Of a DNA stretch of 34,623 nucleotides, positions 15,279 to 23,484 are shown piece by piece. Position numbers and translations under genes: made by a program. The notes below the pieces were generated by a model that ran no database searches, was not told the origin of the DNA, and saw only the letters and a program-made list of their open reading frames with translations. The DNA is from Candidatus Woesearchaeota archaeon. GTDB lineage: Archaea; Nanobdellota; Nanobdellia; Woesearchaeales; BM511. Position 1 is the stretch's first letter; every line of letters starts with the position of its first letter. The stretch lies in assembly GCA_018221175.1 (NCBI GenBank), contig JAAOYE010000077.1:1-34623 (forward strand). The letters are read 5' to 3'.

Positions 15279-16247
15279 TTAATCTTCTCCCCGATAAAAC
15301 TTTGCAGCGTTTTCTGGCGTTATCGTGTTTATGATTGTTCCAGTCGTGTATTCAAACCCTGCCCATTTTGCAAGCCGGGGAAGTATCTCAATTCTAAAAT
15401 GAAAGTCATGGTCAAAAGATCTTGAAATCTTATAGACTATGTTGTACGCAGGGTAATTAAGCTTGTTTAGGGTGCCAAGCAGTGATTTTAATAACTTTGC
15501 AAGAGAAATAATCTCTTCTTCACAAAGCTCTGTTAAGGAATGATGGCATTTCTTTGGCAAAATCCAGCACTCCAATGGAAATCTTGATGCGTAAGGCGCA
15601 AACGCAATAAAATTTTCATCTTGAAAAACGCTTCTCTCACTCTCTTTTTCTGAATCAATTATCTTGCAATAAGGACATCCACCAATGATTTTTCTCTGTT
15701 TTCTAACAGCAGTAAATTCATCTCTGATTTCTGTTGGCAAAAGATTGTATGCAACAAGCTGGTGGTGGGCATGAGAAAGCGATGCTCCAGCTTCGCCTCC
15801 CCTGTTTTTAAAAACAGCAACGTACTCCGCCCCTTTTTTATAGTTGTCATTAATCCGTCTGTTAATCATCCTGATGATTTCTACAATATAATATTCATCC
15901 AAATCCTCCATTTCCTTTCCGTGGTCAGGGGTTTCAATAACCACTTCGTGCTCGCCAACACTATCGCCAAACGTGTAGAACTCATTGTCTGTTCTTATCT
16001 CTTTGTTTGCTCCTGGAGCTGCTGCTTTGTACTTGTTCCAAATAGCTCTCACAACCCATTTGTCATCTCTTTTTATCTCTTCAATCACGCCAGGTATCAT
16101 GTGCTCGTTTCCAGGGCAAAAAGGGCATTTTTCTTTTGGGCTGACTTCTTTATCATGCTTTGAAGAAAATTCCATGGGTCTTTTGCTGCGTTCAGTAGCT
16201 ATAATTACCCATTTGTCCAAAATATAATCTTTTCTTATTTGAGGCAT
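15279..16247 (-). CDS. galT: GalT-family (HIT-like) hexose-1-phosphate nucleotidyltransferase or NDP-glucose phosphorylase
   Basis: CPFCPGNEH zinc motif and SHAHHQL (HxHxQ) active site. Start taken at ATG 16247, 1 nt after the glycogen synthase stop, with GGGGGA as SD. Confidence 0.8.
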   Translation of the reverse strand: MPQIRKDYILDKWVIIATERSKRPMEFSSKHDKEVSPKEKCPFCPGNEHMIPGVIEEIKRDDKWVVRAIWNKYKAAAPGANKEIRTDNEFYTFGDSVGEHEVVIETPDHGKEMEDLDEYYIVEIIRMINRRINDNYKKGAEYVAVFKNRGGEAGASLSHAHHQLVAYNLLPTEIRDEFTAVRKQRKIIGGCPYCKIIDSEKESERSVFQDENFIAFAPYASRFPLECWILPKKCHHSLTELCEEEIISLAKLLKSLLGTLNKLNYPAYNIVYKISRSFDHDFHFRIEILPRLAKWAGFEYTTGTIINTITPENAAKFYRGED

Positions 16248-16248
16248 C

Positions 16249-18033
16249 TTATCCCCCTGAGTCAATTGCCTTATTGTGTGCTTCGATATAATTATTTACA
16301 AGAATCGTCCAGTCTGCAAGAAGTGAGAGTTCTTTTGCAGCAATCTTTTGATTCACCCTTTGAGTTTTGTTCATGGATGCAAATGTGTGAAGTATTTCTG
16401 CAAACTCATGAATAACTTCTCCTTCATCTTTTTGAAATCTTTCCAGAACATAAATTCCTTTGCCTTTTTCTTTGGATACCTTTTTTATGAATCTGCCAAA
16501 CCCAGCAAAGTCAGTGGTGATTGCAGGAACGCCAAGCGCGGAGCATTCAAGAGGAGTGTATCCCCATGGCTCATAGTAGCTTGGAAAAACACCTAGGTGG
16601 CAGCCTGAAATTGCTTCATAGTATTTGAGGTTTAGTATTCCATCAGACTCGGCAATGTATGTTGGATAATAAATAACTTTTACTTTGTCTTCTTCTAAAT
16701 TCAAAAGACCCTCACTTTTAAAAGCTTGAATAATGGTGTCATTTCCATCAGCAACCAGATTGTGCGTGCTAAACGGGGGGACATCTCCCTGTTTTAGAAA
16801 ACTTTGCACATGCTTTTTTATAGAGAGTAAAAAGTTTTTAGATAGTAAGCTATCAATTTTGGGAACTTCACCTGAGGCAAGGTCTCGTATTAGCCTGGTT
16901 TTTACAGTATCATTTTGGTTTTCAACATCTTTTTTGATTTCTTGAAATATGTTTTTGTTTTGAAGCACGCTTGTTCTTATGCCGTGCGTTGCGTTTGGAA
17001 CAAAGAAAAACGAGAAAATCGTTTTTTTTGATTCTTCTTTTTTCATTCTCCTGTTAAGCTCTCCAAGTGCTTTTATATAGATATCAATGCCTTTGTTTCG
17101 AAACTCTGGCCTGCCAATTATCATAAAGTTTAGGCTTTGCTCAAGGTCGATATTGTAGTAGGGGTTAAAATAGTATGACAAGAAATCCCTGATGACTTCT
17201 CTTGTGCCTTGGTGTTTTACTGATGTTTCTTCAAATGTCGGGAATTTTTGTATGTCAAGACCGTTTAGTACAAGAACACCAGGCTTTTTTTCAAGAATTT
17301 TCTCTGCTTCATAACCTGTTGTTTCTGATACTGTTGTAAAAACATCGCAGTTTTGAGCGCATGCTTTTTCTGTTGTGTACTTGTCTACGACCCTATATTT
17401 TTTTGCCATTGCAGGCGCATCGATGCCTTCAAGCATAGCATAAAGATCTTCTCCGCTGCCAGATATAGCCCTGCCCAGCATTGTTGCGTGTGTTGTAAAT
17501 ACTGATCTCACATTTGAATTGTTGAGCTTTAAATATAATAATGCTATTCCAGCAAGCCATTCATGGTAGTGTCCTACTATTTTTCGCGAGCCAAATTTTT
17601 CTCCAATTTTTTGCAGGAGTTTTCCAACGCACCATGCCCAAATCATTGGTTCTGTATAGTCCCAGGCGGCAAATAGTGTGTCAACTCCAAAGTTGTCCCA
17701 TAATTCTTTTTTTATGCCGTCTTGCCAATCCATGCATTTTTTAAAGTCAATTAGTATTACTTTTGGCCTTCCTTCAATTAGCCACTCACCGTATATGCAT
17801 TCAACTCCTTCATTTCTTAGTGCGTCAAATATATCTGTGTATTCGTCTGGCGCTGGCATCTGTTCCATTGCAATATCTGCTTTTTCTGGGTAGTATGGTC
17901 CAATAGCTGTATAGTCGTTGTATCTTTCCATCATAACAGCTGCTTTTGAAGATAGAACTGTGTATATTCCTCCTACCTTATTGCATACTTCGTATGAAAC
18001 TTCAAATAATTTGTCTGCTTTTGGTTTTATCAT
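16249..18033 (-). CDS. Glycogen synthase, GT3 (eukaryote-like) family
   Basis: LFEVSYEVCNKVGGIYTVLSSKA...IGPYY is the hallmark GT3 N-terminus. Start set at ATG 18033-18031, which overlaps the upstream stop (TAATG). The track extension to 18120 lies inside the upstream gene. Confidence 0.85.
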   Translation of the reverse strand: MIKPKADKLFEVSYEVCNKVGGIYTVLSSKAAVMMERYNDYTAIGPYYPEKADIAMEQMPAPDEYTDIFDALRNEGVECIYGEWLIEGRPKVILIDFKKCMDWQDGIKKELWDNFGVDTLFAAWDYTEPMIWAWCVGKLLQKIGEKFGSRKIVGHYHEWLAGIALLYLKLNNSNVRSVFTTHATMLGRAISGSGEDLYAMLEGIDAPAMAKKYRVVDKYTTEKACAQNCDVFTTVSETTGYEAEKILEKKPGVLVLNGLDIQKFPTFEETSVKHQGTREVIRDFLSYYFNPYYNIDLEQSLNFMIIGRPEFRNKGIDIYIKALGELNRRMKKEESKKTIFSFFFVPNATHGIRTSVLQNKNIFQEIKKDVENQNDTVKTRLIRDLASGEVPKIDSLLSKNFLLSIKKHVQSFLKQGDVPPFSTHNLVADGNDTIIQAFKSEGLLNLEEDKVKVIYYPTYIAESDGILNLKYYEAISGCHLGVFPSYYEPWGYTPLECSALGVPAITTDFAGFGRFIKKVSKEKGKGIYVLERFQKDEGEVIHEFAEILHTFASMNKTQRVNQKIAAKELSLLADWTILVNNYIEAHNKAIDSGG

Positions 18034-18884
18034 TAGAATCCCATTTTTAGTAGTAAGGCGGCAACTATCCCAACTACAATCCCAATAAGCAGTCCAAACA
18101 AAAATTCTTTTTTCATGCATTCAAAGAATTTTGGACAAAAGTGTCTTGCGTCCCCTGCTTGTTTTGCTACTTGCGTGGCTGTCTGTGGTTGGGTGCCTAG
18201 TGTGGCATCTGTGCTCACTGCCGGTTTTTGTTCTGGTGGCGCAGTTTCTGCTGCAGATGGCTGTGTTGCTTCTGTGGGCTGAGCAGGTTCTTGAGGAGTG
18301 CTTTGTTCTTTTGTTTGTTCCAGTGGAGCCTGGCTTTGTTCCCCTTGATTTTCTATGGGTTGTTGTTCTGGCGGTGCCCCTTCCTGTTTAGGTTGTTCTT
18401 GTGGCTGCTCAACTGTTGGTTGTTGGGCTGTCTCTGTTTGTTCATGAGGTCCATCTGAAGGCTGAGCAGAATCTGGCGCTGTTGATGTTTCAGTTGAAGA
18501 TTGTTCTGTCTGTACTGGTTCTCCTCCAGCGGCGCTTTTAGCTTCGCCATTTTGTTCTGGTGGTGCTTCTGTTGCAGCTACGGGTTGGACATCTACAGGA
18601 GGCTTTTCTAAAGCGTCTCCAGCGCCTAAGCTGTCAAGCTTTTCCTTTACAGCTTGCGCTATCTCAGATATCTCTTTTTTGTCAGAAATATTTGCTGCCA
18701 ATTCTTCATCTTTTAATACTTCCTTAATCCAGTCAGAATAATCGTTTCGAGTATCTGTAAGATGGCTTTTTGCTGTCTCCTCATTTGCAGAGTCAATTAG
18801 TGCATCGTATAGCTCTTTTAGGTCCATGACCTTTTTATCCCCTAAATAAAAACTGTTATGGTCTTCTGCTCTTGTTAGTTCCAT
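18033..18884 (-). CDS. Unknown-function protein: conserved ~80-aa N-domain, ~165-aa P/Q/E/T-rich spacer, C-terminal TM anchor
   Basis: GAGGT lies 9 nt upstream of the ATG. The N-domain is paralogous to the next gene. Spacer DNA (about 18134-18632) is locally GC-rich, with APPEQ three times. The C-terminus is CPKFFECMKKEFLFGLLIGIVVGIVAALLLKMGF. Confidence 0.7.
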   Translation of the reverse strand: MELTRAEDHNSFYLGDKKVMDLKELYDALIDSANEETAKSHLTDTRNDYSDWIKEVLKDEELAANISDKKEISEIAQAVKEKLDSLGAGDALEKPPVDVQPVAATEAPPEQNGEAKSAAGGEPVQTEQSSTETSTAPDSAQPSDGPHEQTETAQQPTVEQPQEQPKQEGAPPEQQPIENQGEQSQAPLEQTKEQSTPQEPAQPTEATQPSAAETAPPEQKPAVSTDATLGTQPQTATQVAKQAGDARHFCPKFFECMKKEFLFGLLIGIVVGIVAALLLKMGF

Positions 18885-18885
18885 T

Positions 18886-19194
18886 TTATTTACCTCTTTT
18901 TTTCACTATGTGTTTTAAGATTATTATCTGAGTCTTCATAGGTTCTGTAGTTTTTTCTAATTCTTTTGCCAAAGATGGCTCTTCAAACACTTCCTTTACC
19001 CAGTTTGCAAAGTCATTCTTATCTTCATTCACATGATGAAAGAAGACTGCATCACTAATATCATCAAGTGCATCTGCAAGACCTATTAGGCTTTTGATGG
19101 CTTTTCCTTCTACTGTATAGAAAAATTTTTCTGGATTTGAAACTTTTAACTTGGTCTTTTTCGATTTCTTTTTCACAGTTTTTTTCTTTGACAT
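18886..19194 (-). CDS. Unknown-function small protein, paralog of the N-domain of the 18033-18884 gene
   Basis: GAGGTGA lies 5 nt upstream of ATG 19194. Shared pattern with its neighbour: FY..(x)K...L.DAL.D...(x)H...ND(F/Y)..W(V/I)KEV....LA. Lys-rich N-terminus. Confidence 0.65.
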   Translation of the reverse strand: MSKKKTVKKKSKKTKLKVSNPEKFFYTVEGKAIKSLIGLADALDDISDAVFFHHVNEDKNDFANWVKEVFEEPSLAKELEKTTEPMKTQIIILKHIVKKRGK

Positions 19195-19253
19195 TAATTT
19201 CACCTCTTCTTCCCACAGGAGCTTTTTTCCCTGAAAGGTTATTTATCTGTTGA

Positions 19254-20537
19254 TTATGAAACATGGTCAAGCACAAGGCTTGAAGGCCTCTCACTTATTT
19301 CAAAGGGCTTTTTTAATTTCGTGTTTTTGGCACTAGCAATTTTATTGATTTGTGCCTTTTCTTTAAGTCTGATTATGATATCATTTAGCACGTTCATGAA
19401 GTTAATGTATGAGTCGTACGGGCTGTCATACGGATTGAAATACTTATGAACATCGCCGTCTGCAAACCATTTTGTGCACATATAGTAAAAATGGTCGCTT
19501 GTGGTAAGCAGCTCCCAATCTTTTATAAGATTCTCATCTCCTGACTGCTTTACAACCTCACCAATCAAATAAAGCTCTTTTGAGGCTGCACGCTGCATCC
19601 CATTTCCAAGCCAGGCAGTAAGATCGCGCTCAACATCTGCCCAGCTGATAAAATTGTGGATGTCAAGCTCAGCCTTTGGCTCATATTTTTTTATGACTTC
19701 TGATGGCAGCAAAAACTCATTGTCATGGTGCTTTAGGATTTCCCAAGGCATCTTCTTTAAAAAATCAAAGATACCAGTATCTTCCCACTGGTGTTCTCCA
19801 AGAGTTTCATAATCCATGAAAAGATTGACTACTTCTCCATTTCCATTATTATTTGACACCCAGTCAGCAAATTTTTCTGATGTCAAGGGCCATCCTTCCC
19901 ATCCTTTGTTTGAAAACCTAAATGCTATATCATCTGAAAGCTTGTAGTTTTTTAGCATCAGCTTTAGTTTTTTGCAGGTCTTTGGGGTGTATAAAAAGTT
20001 TGGGCTTCTCCAGTCTAGGATGTGGTCTGCGCCCTCTGCAAGTATCGCATCGTATCCCATCTTTTCAACATGAAAAGCAAGCTCATTGTTGTAGACTAGC
20101 TCTGTGTTTCTAAATATTGTAGGAGTAAAGTTAAATAGCTCTTTCATCTTGTATTTGTGCTTTTTTACCTGCCTTTTAAACTCATCTTTGTCATACAAAA
20201 ATGCTAGGGAATGGTAGTATGTTTCGTTTAAAAACTCAACTTTGCCAGTCTTTGCAAGCTCTTTAAAAGAGTCCAGCACTTCTGGGGTGTACTTTTCAAA
20301 CTGCTCAATAGCAGTGCCTGATATTGAAAAAGCAACTTTGAATTTTCCATCAGTATTATTGATTAAATCCAAAAGTATTTTGTTTGCCGGCAAATAGCAT
20401 TTTTTGGCTACCTTTTCACATACTTCCCTGTTTTTCTTCTCATCAAAATAATCATGGCTATGACCTATGTCAAACACCCTGTACTTTTTTATTCTAAAAG
20501 GCTGATGAACCTGAAAATAAATGCAAACACTAACCAT
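19254..20537 (-). CDS. Glycoside hydrolase family 57 (alpha-amylase / alpha-glucan-acting enzyme)
   Basis: YFQVHQPFRIKKY N-terminal block and MDYETLGEHQWE block are typical of GH57. Start set at ATG 20537, 1 nt after the upstream TAG. Confidence 0.8.
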   Translation of the reverse strand: MVSVCIYFQVHQPFRIKKYRVFDIGHSHDYFDEKKNREVCEKVAKKCYLPANKILLDLINNTDGKFKVAFSISGTAIEQFEKYTPEVLDSFKELAKTGKVEFLNETYYHSLAFLYDKDEFKRQVKKHKYKMKELFNFTPTIFRNTELVYNNELAFHVEKMGYDAILAEGADHILDWRSPNFLYTPKTCKKLKLMLKNYKLSDDIAFRFSNKGWEGWPLTSEKFADWVSNNNGNGEVVNLFMDYETLGEHQWEDTGIFDFLKKMPWEILKHHDNEFLLPSEVIKKYEPKAELDIHNFISWADVERDLTAWLGNGMQRAASKELYLIGEVVKQSGDENLIKDWELLTTSDHFYYMCTKWFADGDVHKYFNPYDSPYDSYINFMNVLNDIIIRLKEKAQINKIASAKNTKLKKPFEISERPSSLVLDHVS

Positions 20538-20538
20538 A

Positions 20539-21777
20539 CTATGAGACACCCCCTGCATAACTAATTGCGTGATTATAAGCATCAATGACTTTCTTTGCCG
20601 GAACGTCCAAGTTGAAATTGTCTGCTTCAACAAGCGAATTGTCCCTTAATTCATTGTATAAATTCCTATATTTTAGAGAGCCCACAATCTTGTTTGTCAT
20701 CTCGTCAATATCCCAAAAGTCAACTTTTAAAACGTTTGTAAGGACCTCTGATGCCCCAGAATTTTTTGATAAAATTACTGGTGTCCCGTTTTTTATTGAT
20801 TCAATTGCAGTAAGTCCAAATGGCTCTGAAACAGACGGCATCACAAACAAGTCTGCCATTTTGTAAGCGTCATGGACTTCTTTCCCTTTCAAAAATCCAG
20901 TAAATACCATGTTGTTTGTTATTTCCATCTCCGCGCTTTTTTCTATCATCCAGGCAAGCATGTCTCCAGATCCTGCCACTACAAACTTGGTGTTGGGAAC
21001 GTAGGCTAGGACTTTTTTGGCAGTCTGCAAAAAGTAGTCAGGGCCTTTTTGAAGCGTTACCCTGCCTAAAAACAATACTATTTTGTCATGGTCTGACATC
21101 TTTGAGGTGTAATCTCCTTGGTAGTGCGGATTTTCAGGGTCTATTCCCCAATGAACCACTTTTATCTTTTTTGGGTCTATCATATACTGGTTGATTATGT
21201 TTTGCTTGGTGTAGTTGCTATTTGCAATAACAAGGTCTGCTTCTTTTAGCCCTTCAAATTCTTTATGGCTAATATGATAGTTTGGGTTATTTCCAGTTCT
21301 GTCAAATTCTGTTGCATGGATATGGCACACTAGCGGTTTTCCAGAAACTTTTTTTGCGTTAATTCCCGCCCTGTACGCCATCCAGTCATGCGCATGAATA
21401 ACATCATGTCCTTCCTGCTCAGCTATTACCTTTGCGATTTCTGAAAACCTCTGTACTTCTGAGTGAAGATCTTCTCCATATGCTACGTCTCCTTTTGTTC
21501 CAAGTATTTTATATCTTCTCATGTAGTCTGCGTATGACTCAGATGTGTTATAGGCAAGAAGCGGAGAGTCGACTGTTCTAATCTTTACGTTTTTCAAGTA
21601 GTTGTTTGTTCCAAGAAGATTTACAAATTCTGCCTCTGCGCCTTCTGGCGCTTTTGGCATTACAAAGGTGACTTTGATTCCTTGTCTTGAAAGCCCTTTT
21701 GTTAGGTCGTAGCATGCAGTCCCAAGACCACCGCTTTTAAACGGTGGGAATTCCCATCCAAACATCAAGACTTTCAT
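20539..21777 (-). CDS. GT-B glycosyltransferase (GT4/GT5), glycogen/starch-synthase-like
   Basis: MKVLMFGWEFPPFKSGGLGTACYDL (K-x-GGLG motif as in GlgA-type synthases) and C-terminal E-x7-E-like PSVSEPFGLTAIES. SD AGAGGA lies upstream. Confidence 0.75.
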   Translation of the reverse strand: MKVLMFGWEFPPFKSGGLGTACYDLTKGLSRQGIKVTFVMPKAPEGAEAEFVNLLGTNNYLKNVKIRTVDSPLLAYNTSESYADYMRRYKILGTKGDVAYGEDLHSEVQRFSEIAKVIAEQEGHDVIHAHDWMAYRAGINAKKVSGKPLVCHIHATEFDRTGNNPNYHISHKEFEGLKEADLVIANSNYTKQNIINQYMIDPKKIKVVHWGIDPENPHYQGDYTSKMSDHDKIVLFLGRVTLQKGPDYFLQTAKKVLAYVPNTKFVVAGSGDMLAWMIEKSAEMEITNNMVFTGFLKGKEVHDAYKMADLFVMPSVSEPFGLTAIESIKNGTPVILSKNSGASEVLTNVLKVDFWDIDEMTNKIVGSLKYRNLYNELRDNSLVEADNFNLDVPAKKVIDAYNHAISYAGGVS

Positions 21778-22013
21778 AGATTATTTCCTCTTATTTTATT
21801 GTGTATACTATCCTCTAGTTTTACAGCCCATACTTTAGAATAAACTGTTGTTTTTTTCATACCTCTTTTTCCTCAATTGAAAGTATAATAAAAAAGGATA
21901 GAGATTTATATATAAAACTTTAGGTTTTTCGTCATTAAACAAAGACAAAAAAGAAAGTAATAAATTAATTAATTTAATAAATATCTTATTATAATAAATT
22001 AATAAGACAAAAA

Positions 22014-22021
22014 ATTTATAT
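22014..22021 (+). promoter_or_regulatory. TATA box TTTATATA for the 22047 operon
   Basis: Ends 25 nt upstream of ATG 22047 and has an A-rich 5-prime flank. No SD, which suggests a leaderless transcript. Confidence 0.45.
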
Positions 22022-22046
22022 ATTACCTGTCGCCAAGATAATAAAT

Positions 22047-22706
22047 ATGGAGCTAGACATGTTCTTTTCAGAGTCCAAATGGAACATCTTATCAGAGCTG
22101 TCAAAAGCTCCAAAATCACCAATTGAACTCTCAAAAATATTCAATACAACCGTTGCAAATATCTCCCAGCAATTAAGGCTCATGGAAGCGCTTGGAATAG
22201 TAGCAAAGACCAAGATTTCAAATTCAAAAAAAGGCAAGCCAAGAACACAATACTTCATCAAAGATGACATCTATTATATGGTTAGGCTTGGAAAAAACTT
22301 TGCAACAAAAAAATCAATAAAGCCAGAACCACATAGCGCATACATCTTCAATGTCTTTTCAAAAATAGAACAAAAAGACCACTACTGCTTTTTCAAATTT
22401 TTTTGGAACAATTCAAAAATATTATCAAACTCATCAATAGGCCTATACAAAAACACAGACAAAACAATAGAGTTTTTTATAATAACAGAAGACATAGAAA
22501 AAGCAAGAAAAACACTTTCAAATCAAGAAGTAAAACAGTTTTCTGGCAAAGCAAGAAAAGTTATATGCTGGTCTCACAACAAATTTGAAATAGACAATGG
22601 GCTTGGCTCAAACGACCCGCATTTTATGAACATGATAAAAGAAAGCACCATCTTGCTTGATAAAACACGCTGCTTGGAAAAGTACATGGAGGCAGTAAAA
22701 AAATGA
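22047..22706 (+). CDS. ArsR/wHTH-type transcriptional regulator with an unknown C-terminal domain
   Basis: WNILSELSKAPKSPIELSKIFNTTVANISQQLRLMEALGIV is an ArsR-like HTH. The remaining ~140 aa are unassigned. Confidence 0.6.
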   Translation: MELDMFFSESKWNILSELSKAPKSPIELSKIFNTTVANISQQLRLMEALGIVAKTKISNSKKGKPRTQYFIKDDIYYMVRLGKNFATKKSIKPEPHSAYIFNVFSKIEQKDHYCFFKFFWNNSKILSNSSIGLYKNTDKTIEFFIITEDIEKARKTLSNQEVKQFSGKARKVICWSHNKFEIDNGLGSNDPHFMNMIKESTILLDKTRCLEKYMEAVKK

Positions 22707-23044
22707 ACAGGCTCTCAAAAATCATAAGCGATTTATCCTTTGAAGAACTCAAATTAATCCAAAAAGATTTGGTTGAAGGCAACATAGAAAAATTAATAAA
22801 TAAAAGGATTAACCACTACGAAGAAGGGGGAAAAACAATTTGTCCTATATGCCACACAAATATTATAGATACACAATCAGATGGATTCACTCTCCTTTTT
22901 GGTCCAAAGGACTTTCGGCGCAAAGCAACTTTTTGTGCAACAGACTGTCTTGACTACTTTGTAAAAAACTTAAAAAACCTAAGCGAGGAAAAAGTCAAAA
23001 AAGGTGAAATTTATGGTACTAGCAGAGATGACAAGGATATTTGA
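22703..23044 (+). CDS. Small Zn-binding protein with a TRASH/MYM-like C-x2-C...FC-x3-C...F motif
   Basis: CPICHTNIIDTQSDGFTLLFGPKDFRRKATFCATDCLDYF. ATGA overlap with the upstream regulator, and GGAGG lies 10 nt upstream. Confidence 0.5.
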   Translation: MNRLSKIISDLSFEELKLIQKDLVEGNIEKLINKRINHYEEGGKTICPICHTNIIDTQSDGFTLLFGPKDFRRKATFCATDCLDYFVKNLKNLSEEKVKKGEIYGTSRDDKDI

Positions 23045-23309
23045 ACGAAGAAGAACAGAATTGTATGATTTACTGGACCAAAGAAAAGAAGAGCTAAAGC
23101 CAGAAGTACAGCACCAAATGTATGGGGCAATGAACGAAATAGACATATTTTTAAAAACAATTGAGTACTACAAGCAAAAAGAGATGGACTCGGAGATACA
23201 AAACGCAGTCCTTGTCGGGCCAATGATAAGAGAAGGGATGGTCACAAAAATCATGGGCACACTAAACAAGCGAGTAAAGGGAATCAAGCATCGAAAAAAA
23301 AGAAAATAA
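23013..23309 (+). CDS. Hypothetical helical protein (98 aa) with a basic tail
   Basis: AGGTGA lies 5 nt upstream of ATG 23013, and the ORF overlaps the end of the previous gene. No recognisable motif. Confidence 0.45.
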   Translation: MVLAEMTRIFERRRTELYDLLDQRKEELKPEVQHQMYGAMNEIDIFLKTIEYYKQKEMDSEIQNAVLVGPMIREGMVTKIMGTLNKRVKGIKHRKKRK

Positions 23310-23326
23310 AAAAAAGGGGTGGGAAA

Positions 23327-23449
23327 ATGGAAGATTCTAAAAAACTGACTAAAAAAGTTGAAACTATAACATACGAAAAAATAAAAGAACTCACTAATGG
23401 ACCAAAAAAACAGTATGACATAAGAGAAGTGCTGTCCCTCTTTCGATAA
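23327..23449 (+). CDS. Small hypothetical ORF (40 aa)
   Basis: Not in the track. GGGGTGGG lies 4 nt upstream of the ATG. Sequence: MEDSKKLTKKVETITYEKIKELTNGPKKQYDIREVLSLFR. Confidence 0.3.
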   Translation: MEDSKKLTKKVETITYEKIKELTNGPKKQYDIREVLSLFR

Positions 23450-23484
23450 GCCCTAATTCTTAAAAAAAAGAGGGGAACAATAAG

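Noticed and set aside
18034-18120. Long N-terminal extensions in track ORFs: glycogen synthase to 18120, GH57 to 20633, FKBP to 6288, rpl1 to 33212, rpl12 to 31439, GalT to 16265, ftsZ to 5482
   Set aside because: The extensions overlap the upstream gene, add non-homologous residues, and bypass internal ATGs that have good SD motifs or stop/start coupling. The internal starts were used.
21774-21860. 28-codon upstream ORF (MKKTTVYSKVWAVKLEDSIHNKIRGNNL) whose TGA overlaps the ATG of the first glycogen-operon gene
   Set aside because: The ATGA coupling and a nearby GAGG are suggestive. However, a 28-codon open frame in AT-rich spacer can arise by chance, and I have no conservation evidence. It is worth a look only if ribosome profiling exists.
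21835-22270. Track ORFs 21835-22134 (99 aa) and 22016-22270 (84 aa) on the minus strand
   Set aside because: They lie in the AT-rich intergenic/promoter region or antisense to the wHTH gene, have Leu/Ile/Phe/Tyr-rich junk composition, and have no SD.
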